DNA of 64,000 nucleotides from the human T2T-CHM13v2.0 reference genome, Homo sapiens: NCBI RefSeq assembly GCF_009914755.1, contig NC_060946.1; one strand, 5' to 3'. Shown piece by piece: positions 15,031 to 34,189 of this stretch (position 1 is its first letter; each line of letters starts with the position of its first letter). The notes under the pieces were generated by a model. It saw only the letters and a program-made list of their open reading frames with translations, ran no database searches and was not told where the DNA came from. The position numbers and the translations under genes were made by a program.

Positions 15031-15256
15031 AATAATCATAGTTTATAATAATAGTTTATAATAATAATAGATTATTTATAATAATCTCCTCTTCCCTCCT
15101 CAGCTCTCCCTCCTGTCAGGACAAGCAAAAGCATCAGAGACAGAGACAGACAGAGATAGAGACAAAAGATAAAAGATAGAGACAAAAGACACAAAAAATA
15201 GCAGATTATTTATAATAATTATTTATAATAATCTATTATTATTAATAGTAAGAATG

Positions 15257-15421
15257 ATTTTTTTTGAGACGGTCTTGCTCTGCCATCCAGGCTGGAGTGC
15301 AGTGGTGCAATCATGGCTTACTGCAGCCTTGACCTCCTGGGTTCAAGTGATCCTCCCACCTCAGCCTCCTGAGTAGCTGGGACTATAGGTGTGCACCACC
15401 ATGCCTGGCTAATTTTGTGTA

Positions 15422-15452
<31 letters not shown>

Positions 15453-15575
15453 TTGGTACAGACAGTGTTTTGCCATGTTGCCCAGGCTGATTTCAAACTG
15501 CTGGGCTCAAGTGATCCACCCACCTTGGCCTCCCAAAGTTCTGGGACTACAGACATGAGCTACCTATATACCCAG
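15257..15575 (-). mobile_element. AluJ-like with (TA)n linker
   Basis: Reverse Alu. Confidence 0.9.
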
Positions 15576-15959
15576 AAGAATAATTTTTTTTTTAAGTCCT
15601 TAATGAAGACAGTCTGAGCCCTGGGATGCTGGTAACTTATTTATGAAGACAAGGCCCTTCCTATAAGTGATTAGAAATGCAAGGAATGACACTAGGTGTG
15701 AGCTGGGATTTTTAATCTGCAGAAGGGAGAACCTGGGGGTCATTAATATCTGTCTTGAGAGTGATTGCACCACCTCAGCAGCAATGAGGACCATGGGGCT
15801 TACATCGTCCTCAGCATCCCTCAGCCCTCCCGACAGACCTAAGAGGTCACGTTGCCATTCGGCTTTTACGGATGAAGAAATCAAGGCTAATGAGTTAGGT
15901 GGCTCATCAAAGGACTCAGGCCCCAGATTATTTTGGCAGCTGGTATGGTTTCCTCTGTG

Positions 15960-17713
<1,754 letters not shown>

Positions 17714-18318
17714 TCAGAGGAGATGAAACTATTGTGGGTCTGTGCAGCTGGGGAGGCTTCTTAGAGGAGGGGCTGACAGATCAGCCCACTTGGAGAGGAG
17801 GGTCTGTAAGCAGGGCAAGGACAGGTGGGACTATATAGGTGAGATGGAACCAGATGCTCAAGAAGCCTTTTGTGCCTGGCTAGGAATTTCAGGCTTGATT
17901 CTTAGAAGTAATAGGGAGTCATAGCAGGTTCTTGAGCGAAGTTAGGACAGAAACGTAAAGCAAGCTTTTTGTGGAAAAGGCACCTCCACAGATGGGTCCA
18001 GGCTGGAGCCAAGTGGAGGGAGCCTGGAGGTAGGAGAGCCACCTAGGTGAGGGGACTGGGATTAGGGAGAGGTGGGGGACAGAGGGAGGGGACAAATGGA
18101 GGACTTGGAGGCTTCATGCTGTCATGGGACAAAGCCAGGACATTGTGGTGACTCAGGCTGGAATCACCGTTCTGCTGCTTCCAAGCTGTGTGTGTATATG
18201 GGGCTTGCTGAGCTTCAGTTTCTGAACCTCAGTGTCTTTTTGGAAATGGAGGCAGCGAGGAAGAGAACCCCTTCTGGGCAGAAGCATCCACTCCTGTCCT
18301 TTTCCTGCTGCATAACAG

Positions 18319-18771
18319 CACCCCCTGCTCACGTGGGCACTTGGCATGTTCAGGCAGGTTGACATCTCCACTCTGCTCCTTCCGCCCAGCATGTCACTGA
18401 GTGTGGGTGGGGTGCAGAGATGGGGGTGCAGGTGCCGGCGGGGGCAGGCCACAGAAGATGCTCAGATTATTTTGCAGCATTCCAGGAGCCTGATGGGTGC
18501 CTGTCACTGTCGCCCTCTCCAGCCCCCAGGAAGGGAAAGGATCTTCCCCAATGCATGGGTCTACTTCACTTTAAGCAAGCATGACTGCCCCGGCTTTCAG
18601 GAGTTTAAAAATCTGTGTGAATGAGGCTGGCATAGGGGCCCATTTGCATGCACACTGCAGTTTTCCAAGGACTTCCTTGTTCATTATCTCAGCAGGCCCT
18701 CGCTGGGTTCCCATTGACTGTCAGTCTCCCAGGGTGCGGAAAATAGGATTCAATTATACTCAGATTGCTTA
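18319..18771 (+). pseudogene. Candidate exon HPLLTWALGMFRQ...RIFPNAWVYFTLSKHDCPGFQEFKNLCE*GWHRGPFACTLQFSKDFLVHYL...IQLYSDCL (phase 0->0)
   Basis: Pyrimidine tract + acag| acceptor, TTA|gtgaga donor; 151 codons with only two TGA (18622, 18715). Confidence 0.65.
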
Positions 18772-19737
18772 GTGAGAGGTCCCCTTGGAGTCTCTCCCGG
18801 CCTCCTGCAGACAGAGACGAGCATCCTTCCTCACTCAGTAGAGCCCCTAGAAGAGGAGAGGGAGTCCCAGTGGGGTCACACCACCAGGAAGGGACAGGGC
18901 AAGGCCCCACGCCCAGGTCTGCACCACCCCTGAGGCTGAGTGCCTGTCCACACTCCACATCACACCGTCTGGGACCTCAGGCCGGGTAGGAGACAGGAGT
19001 CCCTGAGGGTCAAACATCTGGAGAGAAAGAAGAGACGGGAAGACCAAGAGGCTCTTGCTGCATAACAGCACCCCCTGCTCACGTGGGCACTTGGCATGTT
19101 CAGGCAGGTTGACGTCTCCACTCTGCTCCGTCCGCCCAGCATGTCACTGAGTGTGGGTGGGGTGCAGAGATGGGGGTGCAGGGTGCACCTGAGCACTGGC
19201 CACCCTGGGCAGATAATGGATTCCTTCCCCAGGCCACTCATGCTCTTCTAGACTCAGCCTCAGCCTGCAGGCCCTGAGAGAATTTCCTTTCTGAGTCCCA
19301 GAGCCCGTGGGATATGCCTCCCGGTGGGTGGGGAACACCAATGCCGGTGCTCTGGTGTGTGTGTCTTAAATGTTCCAGTGGTTTGCGCATTGCTTCTCCA
19401 ATCAAACCCCAATCCTCTGAGGAGGGAATATGGCGACCCCCAGTTCGACGATGGGGAAACTGAGGTTCGGAGGAAGGCTAAGTGAGGTATTCTATACAAA
19501 ACTGTGCACAGAGCCACATGCCTCAAACTCCTCTCTCATTTCATCCTCACCGCACCGCCTGCGAGGGAGGAATAATTTATTCCTCATTTTATGGATGAGC
19601 AAAGAGGCTCTGAGAGGTTAAGGAAGGTGCTCAGGCTCCTGCAGCTGGTGGCCGCAGACCTGGGCAGAGTGCTGTCTGACTCTGGGTCTGAGTTCTGTCC
19701 TCTGTTTATCTTCCTTTTGATCTCTGTGTTCCTGCAG

Positions 19738-20936
<1,199 letters not shown>

Positions 20937-20974
20937 GTGGATGCTCTGAAGACACTGTTGTCTGAAAGCCTAGG

Positions 20975-21325
20975 CGGATGCGGTGGCTTAGACAACAGAA
21001 TTTCTTGTCTCACAATTCTGGAGTGTAGGAGTCTGAGATCAAGGTGTTGGCGAAGTTGGTTTCTTCTGAGGCCTCTGCCTTTGTCTTGTAGATGGTCGTC
21101 TTCTCCCTGTGTCCTCACTTGGTTGTCCCTCTGTGTGTGTCTGTGTCCTAATCTCTTCTTAGGAGGACACCAGGCTTACGGGATTAGGGCCCACCTTAAG
21201 GACCTCATTTGACTTTAATTACCACTTTAAAGACCCCATTTCCAAATAAAGTCCTATTTTCAGGTACTGGGGCCTAGGTCTTCAACAGATGAAATTTTGC
21301 AGGACACAATTCAGCCCCTAACAGC
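20975..21325. mobile_element. MLT1 LTR
   Basis: ggcttagacaacagaa...ggattagggcccacc...acacaattcagccc motifs. Confidence 0.85.
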
Positions 21326-21429
21326 TGAGGCCAGTGTCACCTCCATTTCCCAGGGACCAGGGAACCTTGGGGTTCTTGTAAGACCCGTGGACCCAAGAGG
21401 AAGGAACTAAAAATGCTTCCCTCTCTCTC

Positions 21430-22300
<871 letters not shown>

Positions 22301-22354
22301 TAGTTCTTTGGGTCTCCTGGTAGAGTTCCTGTCTTACCCACGTGTACATACTTA

Positions 22355-22520
22355 GACCAGAGCCTCCCAATTCTGGCTGCACACGAGAATCTCCTGGGGA
22401 GTTTTACAAAGTCCTGATATCAAGGCCCTACTCCACATCAATGGAACCAGAGTCTGTGGGGGCAGGCCCAGGCACTGGGCCACGCCGAAGCCTCCTGGCA
22501 GTTCGGATGTGCAGGCACAC
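22355..22520. mobile_element. MER5-like DNA transposon fragment
   Basis: tggctgcac...agaatctcctggggag...ggcccaggca motifs. Confidence 0.6.
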
Positions 22521-23137
22521 ACACATCTGCCTGCACCCAAGCTCAGTGAGGAAGAAGGGAGGACAGAGGATGGGCAGCCCTGCCTGGGTACCAGACCCTC
22601 TCACATGCTCTTGTTTGCTTCTCGTGACATTCCTGCCAGACGGCATCATTGTCACCCCCCATTTCACAGGCAAGGAAGATGAGACTCAGGGGCCACACAA
22701 CTGCCAGGGTCCCCCAGCCAGGAGTGAGGCCTGGAATCTGAGCCCAGGCCAGCTGCTTCTGACGTCTTCCTTCCTCGGGGCCATGCTGGTGGGAGGATAA
22801 TAATAAAACCGACCCACAAAGATGTTGTGAGACTGAGATGTGCTAATGGAGAGGAAGGGCTTTGAAAGTCAGCCAAGTGGAGCTCTTACCCACGCGCAGG
22901 CTCATTAAAGTCCTGAGAGGGACACAGGGAGCGGGTGATTGCCCTATTTGCCTCTCCTTTGATCAAGTCCCCCTGTCTGCCTTCAGCTTCTGTTTTGCCT
23001 CCCTCTCCTGCCCTCCTTCCCTTCTCCTCCACCTACTACTTTCTCTGCCTTCCCAGCCCTTTGTTCTGGGCTGTCCTGCCCCCACCACCAACCCCTACCC
23101 CCAGTTTCTCCTTCCTTCTATCTTTATCCTTTGTCAG

Positions 23138-23269
23138 ATCTGGTTTTTTAGTTTGCCACTCTGGCCCTGCTTGAGGGGCTCAGGGACTGGCCCACGGATC
23201 ATAAGAACCAAGGCCTCCAACAGAGGATTTGTAGAGGTGATGTCACAAGTCTGCAGTTCTGAGCAGCAG
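23138..23269 (+). pseudogene. Candidate exon [33 protein letters not shown]([11 protein letters not shown]) (phase 0->0)
   Basis: tctttatcctttgtcag| acceptor; open frame; in-phase donors at 23236 or 23269. Confidence 0.5.
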
Positions 23270-23334
23270 GTGGAGAGAAGGCAAGTGGTCCCCCTGAGGC
23301 CCCAGACCCAGCCTTTCCAGGGCATCATTTACCC

Positions 23335-24600
23335 TATCCATCCATCCATCCATCCATCCACCCACCATCCATCCATCTACCCACCCATCGACCCACCATC
23401 CATCCATCCATCCATCCACCCACCATCCATCCATCGATCTACCCACCCATCCACCCATGATTCATCCATCCACCCATCCACTCATCCATCTATCTACCCA
23501 CCCATCCACCCACTATCTATCCATCCATCCATCCATCCATCCATCCACCCACCCATCCATCCATCCATTTGCCCACTCAACTATTGTCCATCCACCCATC
23601 TGTTCACTCATCCATCCATCTACCCATTCATCCATCCATCTATTCATCTATCTACCCACCCATCCACCCACCATCCATCCATCCATCCATCCATCCATCC
23701 ATCTACCCACCCATCCACCCATCCATCCATCCATTTGCCCACTCAACTATCTATTCATCCACCCATCCACCCAGCCATTCACTCATCCATCCATGTACCC
23801 ATTCATCCATCCATCCATCTACCCACCCATCCACCCACTCACCACCCATCCATCCATCCATCCATCCATCCATCCACCCACCCATCCACGCATCCACTTG
23901 CCCACTCAACTATCCATCCACCCATCCATTCACTCATCCATCCATCTACCCATTCATCCATCTATTCATCCATCCATCCATCTACCCACCCATCCACCCA
24001 CCATCCATCCATCCATCCATCCACCCATCCACCTATCTATCCATTTTCCCACTCAGTTATCTATCCACCCACCCATCCACCTATCCGTTCACTCATCCAT
24101 CCATCTACCCATTCATCCACTCATCCATTCATCCATCCATCCACCCATCCACCCATCTATCCATTTGCCCACTCAGTTATCTATCCATCCACCCATCCAC
24201 CCATCCATTCACTCATCTATTCATCCATCCATCCATCTACCCACCCATCCACCCACCATCCATCCATCCATCCATCCACCCATCCACCTATCTATCCATT
24301 TTCCCACTGAGTTATCTATCCACCCACCCATCCACCTATCCATTCACTCATCCATCCATCTACCCATTCATCCACTCATCCATTCATCCATCCATCCACC
24401 CATCCACCCATCTATCCATTTGCCCACTCAGTTATCTATCCATCCACCCATCCACCCATCCATTCACTCATCCATCCATCTACCCATTCATCCACTCATC
24501 CATCCAGCCATCCATCCATCCATTCATCTGCTCATCCACCCATCCATTCATCCACCCATTCATCTACTTACTTACTCATCCATCCATCCATTCATCTATC
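23335..24600. repeat. (TCCA)n degenerate simple repeat, about 1.27 kb
   Basis: Direct inspection; explains the long His/Pro/Ser/Ile ORFs. Confidence 0.97.
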
Positions 24601-24897
24601 CTCACTTTTGCTGTGTGCCAGGCCCTGAAGGCACAGCCATGAATAAGAGAAACACAGGCCCTCTTCTCATCCATCTGGAAGACAACAATTAAATAATTGC
24701 TTTAAACAAAATGCTATAGGACAGTGTCCTGCTCCGGTGAAGGTAGCCTTTTGTAATAGTGCTCTAGGTCAAGAAGAAGACAGACTCTATTTTAGCACAC
24801 CAAGTGGTAGAACAGCAAGTCTGGCTGTCTTTGGGGAAGTCCACCCTGGGACCAGATCTCGGTGCTGGTCTCACCATCTCCCCTTCCCTACCTGCAG

Positions 24898-25199
24898 TGT
24901 CTGAAATCTTCCAGTGCTCTCCTGCCCCAACCCTTTCAACAGCAGAGGAAATAGAGGGACAGACAGAGGACAAAGAAGGGGCTCCAAGAAAGATGCTTGA
25001 TGGTCATTGCAGAAGGCAAGGCCCAGGGTCTAGCTGTGAGGCCCTGTCCCTTGGTTGGGATCAAGTTGACAAGACAAGAGCAGCTGCCCCATGTGTGGCA
25101 GGAAGCTATTGCTGAGACCTGGAAGTTGAGTGATCATTATTTTGGATTCTGGCAGTAGGGAGACCATATTGTTTTGTATTTTGTTCCCACCCTCACACA
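24898..25199 (+). pseudogene. Candidate exon CLKSSSALL...QERCLMVIAEGKAQGLAVRPCP...IAETWKLSDHYFGFWQ*GDHIVLYFVPTLT (phase 0->2)
   Basis: cccttccctacctgcag| acceptor, ACA|gtaatg donor; 302 nt with two TAG (24952, 25156). Confidence 0.65.
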
Positions 25200-26328
25200 G
25201 TAATGATGATGCCAGTGAGGACAACACTGGTTAACACTTCTGCGGGGGAGGTTTGCCCTGTACCAGGTGCAGTTATGTGCCCTGGATACCTATTACTAAT
25301 TAGAGGTAGGGCTGCTGCCAGCATCCCTTAAACAGGTGTGGCCCCTGGAGGCACAGGGCTGTGAAGTAACTTCCTAAACTCACTCAGCTGTGGCAAAACC
25401 AAGCGAGGCCCTTGTAGCTGGGGTTACACTGGAGAGTCACACTCTTCCACGGACTGCCTCAACTACTCCACTCTGCCAACTCAACTATTAGCAGAATGGT
25501 GCCTGGGGTAACAGTGGACCACCAAGGACAGTAAAAGGCTCCAAGCACACTCTTTAGGCAGTGGCATGAGGTAGTGGCAGCTTGCCCTCTTCAGGGGGAT
25601 AAGAGGATAGTGGCTGAGAGTGGTATCCTGGAGCCAGTCTCCTGGGTTTGAGTCCCAACTCTGCCTTTTACTACCTGTGTGACTTTGGGCAACTTACCCT
25701 CTCTGTGTGTCATTTTTCTCATCTATAAAATAAGACCACTCACAGTGTTTCCGTCAAGGTTGATGTGAAGATTAATGGGATAATGGCGGTCAGGAGCTTG
25801 GCCTCGGTCTTATTTCTGTATCAGCTGGGGGACTGTGGGCAGGTACTCAGCCTTTCTAGACCCCACTTTCCTCTTATCTGGGATGAAAAGAAACCCAGCT
25901 GGGACCTCACACATGACAAAGGCTCAGTGAGGTGGAGAGACCCAAGCAGATGAGAGGGATGTCTGGTTGCAGGGCAAAGGGACTGGGTCCTAGGAGTATT
26001 TGGATGCGTGGCTGGGTTGGATGAGGCAATCGACAGTGGACAGGCTGTCCTGGGAAGCCTGCTCCCCAGCTGCCTGGGGTGAATGCCAGGGCCTGCAGCT
26101 TTCACAGGGGCCGTGGCTGGGGCCAGCATCCGTGCATTCTGGGGCCTGGTCTTGCTGCCTCTTTGAACACTGGCTTCAGGTGTTCAAATTCCTATGGTTC
26201 AGTGTCCTCCCTGCGGTCCTGAGTAGCACTGCAGGGCTGTGGCCAGGAGCCCAGGGCTGGTGTTTGACCTTCTGGGCCTATGAGTGCCGAGGTGGCCAGG
26301 GCTCCTCTCGGCCTCCTCAGTGTGTTAG

Positions 26329-26928
<600 letters not shown>

Positions 26929-26949
26929 GCTCTTTCTTTTTAAATTATT

Positions 26950-28270
<1,321 letters not shown>

Positions 28271-28710
28271 CTCCTTTTTTTCAAGTCTTATGCTTATTTA
28301 TATTTATAAATATGACTTTTAGGTTTTTTTGAGGTGTGATTTGCCTCTTTTCAGTGCACAGTTTTACAAGTTTTGAAAAACAAAGTCACGCAAACACTGC
28401 CACAATCAAGACACGGAGCAGTTCCATCACCCCCCCGAAATTCTCTAATCTCAGCCCCTCAGCATCCCTGGATGCCAGGCTTAAGAAGTGGACTTCCTTC
28501 CCCTGGCAGAAGGAGGGCAGGGTCGGGCTCCGCGTCTGGGGGCTGTAGGCAGGGCTGGGGCTGTGCCATCTGCCTGCTCCTTCCTTCTGGCTGAGAGCAC
28601 TGGGAGGAGGAGCCTGCAGGCTGAGGACAGGCTGTGCTGGGAGCAGGAAGCAAAGATCCCAGGCCCCAGAGCAGCTTCTGACCTTTAGAGGCTGCCTTTG
28701 TCTTGGACAG

Positions 28711-28984
28711 CCAGCTCTCCAGCTGCCTGCGGGGAATGCCCGGGCCTGCAGCTTTCACAGGAGCCATGGCCTGGGCCAGCTTCCATGTAGGCACCAAACG
28801 AAACTGCAGAGCCAGGCATGGCCCTGGGGTGCTGGGCCACAATGCCAGGCTCAGGAAACCAGTGTCCTGCCTGACACTGGGCCCTGGAACGGCCCAGCGA
28901 ACTCCATTTTTTTTTTTTTCATGAGGAAGGCAGGAGATGATAAGACACCTCCTCATCACAGTGTGCTTTGATGAGCTCTGCTAG
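28711..28984 (+). pseudogene. Candidate exon QLSSCLRGMPGPAAFTGAMAWASFHVGTK...RHLLITVCFDELC
   Basis: cctttgtcttggacag| acceptor in phase 2, matching the preceding exon; resembles exon 11136 (FxGxAxAxSFxVxxK); 3' end uncertain; internal poly-T run. Confidence 0.5.
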
Positions 28985-29292
28985 GTTGGTCTGAGACCAC
29001 TGTCTGGAGCCTGAACACTGCCAGAGTCATCTTTGCGTCTTCAGGGGAAATGTACTAGTGAATTGGTTGCATGTGCAACAAGCACTTGCTGGACTCTGGG
29101 GCCAGAACTCCCTGGGTTCAAATCCTGGGCTTACCACTGAGGCTCTGTGGCTTTGGGAAAATTATTTAGTGTGCCTCAGTTTTCTCATATATGAAATGGC
29201 TATAATAAGACTAATACCTATCTCAGAGAGTCGTAAGGATTAAATGAAAAAACACACTTAAAACACGTAGAATGTCCCTTGGTAAGTGTTAG

Positions 29293-30073
<781 letters not shown>

Positions 30074-30707
30074 TGAGCCTTATGTTCCACAGATACCATT
30101 GCTGGACAATTTCAACAATAGAAATAAGAGTGATGTTTATAGAGTTTTCTGCTCTAGCATGGTGCTCTGTCAATTATATTTTTGTCTTATTTGATTCTCT
30201 CGAGAAGTCTGTATAGTAAAGTGTCATTACCCACATTTTACAGATAAACAAACTGAGGTTTAGAGAGAATAAATAACTCCCCAGGGTCACCTGTCTACAG
30301 CTGGGGGAGACAGAAGTTGAACCCAGACGGTCCTGAATCCAAGGCTCAGAGGTTCAACTCCTGCTGTCCGCTGTTCAGGTGAAGTCAGGGGAATGGACTC
30401 AGGGTAGCCAGGCTGGCTGTGTGGTCTGCCCAAGGCATGGGTGACAGCAGCAGAAGACAGAGCGGGGAGGTCAGTGTAAAGGCAGAGGGATGGGCAGGGC
30501 CTCTGCCAGCCCTTGACCTCCTGGAGAAGCCAGTGAGGCTGACCTGGGGGCCTTCCCTGGGACATGTCCCTCATCCTTCCTCTACTCGAGGAGCCCAACA
30601 AGATACATGCTTGTGCCTGAGGGTAGGGTTGTTAGACTTCCCTGCATCAGCACCTTGTCTTTTAAGCAAGAGAGCTGGAGAGGGCCATGCTTAACCCAGA
30701 GAAATAA

Positions 30708-31037
<330 letters not shown>

Positions 31038-32451
31038 CGTCAGTCCCTTCTTAAAAGCCCTGTGGCAGCTCCTCATGGCCCCAGGATGAAGAGGAGAGAC
31101 GGAGGGGCAAGCAGTTTGCAAACCATCTGGACACTGGTGCCTGGGGAGGAGGCAACAACTCCTGCACTCAGCCCCTCGGCTGCGGAACTGGAAGAGGACA
31201 CAGCCCCAAGGACAGAGACAAACAAACTGTGGGAGCCTTAGCTTCAGAGTCAAATAAATCTACGTTTCATCCTGTTTCTGCCACTTCCTGGGTGAGTGAC
31301 TCTGGGCAAGTGCAGGGCGTGTGAACATTGGGAGAGGTGGCACCTGTGAAGTGCCTGAGCACATAGTAGGTGCTCAGTATGTTTGAGCTCATCTCCCTTC
31401 CTTCCCTCAGACCATGTCTCACATGCTGAGTTGGAAAAGGTCTGGTCGGGCTCTTGGTTACACTATGTATTATTTACATGGTATTGCACAAATCCCTAAA
31501 CTATGCCATGTCTCTATTGATTAAAAAAAAATAGCCAAGTACACCCTAACACCTAATGATGATCATAAGATACATCTTGATTTCAAAGATGTCAAATATC
31601 AAAAGATGGTGTATCTCAGAATTGCTAAGCTTTGCTGCCCCAAACTTCACTCCTTTGCTGTCCTGAGTGTGTGCTTTTCAGCTTACGGTTTGTTGCCTCA
31701 TGGTCTCAAGGTGGCTGCCAGGCATCCTATACTCTCACCCTCATCCCCATAAGGAAGATGAAAGGGCTGCCCCACAGTGGTTAGGTGACAGCCTCCCTTG
31801 TGTGGGGAGGACACAAGATCTTTTCTAGAAGTTGCTCAACAGACACACCATTGGCCAGAACTGGGTCACATGACTGCTGCTGTTGCAGAGCAGGCTGGGA
31901 AGGCTTTGACAAAGGAGGACAGTCATAAAGGCTTAGAACAATCCTTTTCAGCTCCTGTAGTGGGCGCCATGATGTTCTACCCTGAATGGGAGTTCTGCTA
32001 GCGGGGACAAAGTGAGTCGCCCGTTGGGCAGGCACATCTCAGACTCAGCCACAGACGAGACCTGGAAAACTCAGCGGACTCCGCCTCCCACCAAGACCTT
32101 TGATCTATTTATTTTTCCAGCATCCTTAATAGATAGCCATCCAGCCTCAGCTCAAACCCCTCTAACGGAGGACTCAGAACTTCACAGACAGCTCCCGGCC
32201 TTTCTAACTGCTGGATTGTTGAAATGCTCTTGCTTAGAGATGGAGCCAAATATGCCTCTTCCCACCAGTCCTGGCTTTGCCCCTTGGGGTCCCCCAGGTC
32301 CAGTGGGTTTTCTCTTGCTGGTGGTGCCTGCAGGTTTTGAAGACAGAGCTCACCCACACACCCCCACCCCCACTGCCTTCTCAGTTCCCGAATATCCCAG
32401 ACATTTTCCTGACATTCTTAAAGGCATCAGTCATTTGTCATGGAGCTTCCT

Positions 32452-32818
32452 GTATTAGTCTGTTCTCACACTGCTGATAAATACATACCTGAGACTGGGC
32501 AATTTACAAAATAAAGAAGTTTAATGGACTTACAGTTCCACATGGCTGGGGACGCCTCACAATCATGCCAGAAGGCAAGGAGGAGCAAGTCACATCTTAC
32601 ATGGATGGTAGTAGGCAAAGAGAGAGTTTGTGCAGGGGAACTCCCGTTCTTAAAACCATCAGATCTCGTGAGACTTACTCACTATCAGGAGAACAGCATG
32701 GGAAAGACCCACCCCCATGATTCAATTACCTCTCACCAGGTTCCTCCCACTAAACGTAGGAATTGTGGGAGTTACAATTCAAGATGAGATTTGGGTGGGG
32801 ACACAGCCAAACTGTATC
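32452..32818 (-). mobile_element. THE1 (THE1B-like) solo LTR
   Basis: tgtattagtctgttctcac...gggtggggacacagccaaac..tatca; TG..CA ends; near 5-bp TSD cttcc/cttca. Confidence 0.92.
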
Positions 32819-33209
32819 ACTTCAAATTAAGCAAATCATTTCAGCCATTCTTTCCTGAGAGTTCACTTTTGTCAGGCATTGTCCTCAGTCCTGGGTAGAT
32901 AACAAGGAACAAAGCAGACCTTCCTTGGTCCGAGCCCACTGAGGAGCCATTTGTACATGTATTTCTTCCTCCAGGAAGCTTTCCCTGATTTCTGGATTGG
33001 CCTAGGAACTCCTTTTCTGGCTCCCACAGTCCCCATGCCCCTCTTCTATAACACTCCATGCACTCCTGACCTGAGTTTCTTTGTCTCCTACCCTGGACCG
33101 TGATCCCCATGAAGGCAGGGATGCATGTTGGTCATCAAGGTTGTGCTCAGAACAGAGCTGACAAATGGTGGGTGCTCGGTTTTTTGCTCTTTCCTCTATG
33201 AATGGGCAG

Positions 33210-33257
33210 TTACAGAGGTGGTTCTCAGAAGAACCGGGAGGAAGGGCATTTCTGGAG
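33210..33257 (+). pseudogene. Candidate exon LQRWFSEEPGGRAFLE (phase 0->0)
   Basis: Pyrimidine tract + cag|, strong GAG|gtaagg donor; 48 nt. Confidence 0.55.
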
Positions 33258-33598
33258 GTAAGGCTCATGCTCATGGCATTAGCCTCTGCTGGGACAGTCT
33301 CCATGCTCTTGGCCTCAAGCCTTCTCCTCGCTCCCCAGCTCAGAGCTGCAGGGTCAGGAGCCTGGTGAGCTTCTGGTACCCAGAGTGTCACAGCACAGGA
33401 CAAGCAGCTGACTTAGCAGAAACAGGAATGCTTGCTCAGCCACATACCGACTGGGTGTCCTTGAGCCAGTGACTTAACCTCTCTGAACCTGTTTCCTTAT
33501 TTGTAAAATGGAAACATGAACAGTGACCTCATGGGGTGATTGAAGGAGTTAATACCTGCCAATAACCTGGTGCATAGTGGGAGTGCCGCCACCTTCAG

Positions 33599-33823
33599 TT
33601 CTCGCTCCAACTAGTGGGGCTGCGGGTAGGGCCCTGCCAGCCTCTGCTCGAGCTGGAGGATGGTGCTGGGTGATGGGGATGGGCGAACATCAGGCAGTGT
33701 GGAAGACCCGGTGGCTTTGAAGAAGTAGGGCTTGGCATTCCCATGCAGCAAATCCCAGGGGACAGGGAAAAATCTGGGAAGTGACGTCTGCCGAGACCTA
33801 GGACAACTGCCCCAGACCACAAG
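33599..33823 (+). pseudogene. Candidate exon starting FSLQLVGLRVGPCQPLL (probable internal frameshift)
   Basis: accttcag| acceptor, AAG|gtgagg donor; GLRVGPC motif shared with other exons; downstream frame ambiguous. Confidence 0.5.
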
Positions 33824-33984
33824 GTGAGGTCTCCCAGGCCGGCTGGACATGTGCAGATGGATCAGCTCCCCATAAACCACACACAGGACAGAGATGAAGC
33901 CAAGATCCAGACAGGTCAGGTGACTTGTCCACGCTCACACAGCAGCTAGTCCCAGACCTCCAGATTCATGGCCCACTTTTACAT

Positions 33985-33986
33985 TT

Positions 33987-34045
<59 letters not shown>
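33985..34045. repeat. (TC)n(TG)n microsatellite
   Basis: Direct inspection. Confidence 0.97.
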
Positions 34046-34048
<3 letters not shown>

Positions 34049-34066
34049 GCCTCCTGCTTACCCAAG

Positions 34067-34189
34067 AGTATCTCCTTAATGGCCTCTCCTTGGAGATGAC
34101 GAGGACATGAGCCTCTTCTTTATTCTCCCAGTGACCCACAGCTGCTGCCTCTGGTCCTTCCCAGCTCACCTAGCAGAAACCTGGAGAGG
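34067..34189 (+). pseudogene. Candidate exon VSP*WPLLGDDEDMSLFFILPVTHSCCLWSFPAHLAETWR (phase 2->2)
   Basis: aag| acceptor after pyrimidines, AGG|gtagga donor; LAETWR echoes IAETWK in exon 24898. Confidence 0.45.

Noticed and set aside
22862-24692. 482/411/357-aa ORFs rich in H/P/S/I
   Set aside because: Translations of the (TCCA)n repeat; only 23138-23269 is kept as a candidate exon.
25418-25507. Possible exon WGYTGESHSSTDCLNY...
   Set aside because: Weak acceptor adjoining MIR; two frames equally open.
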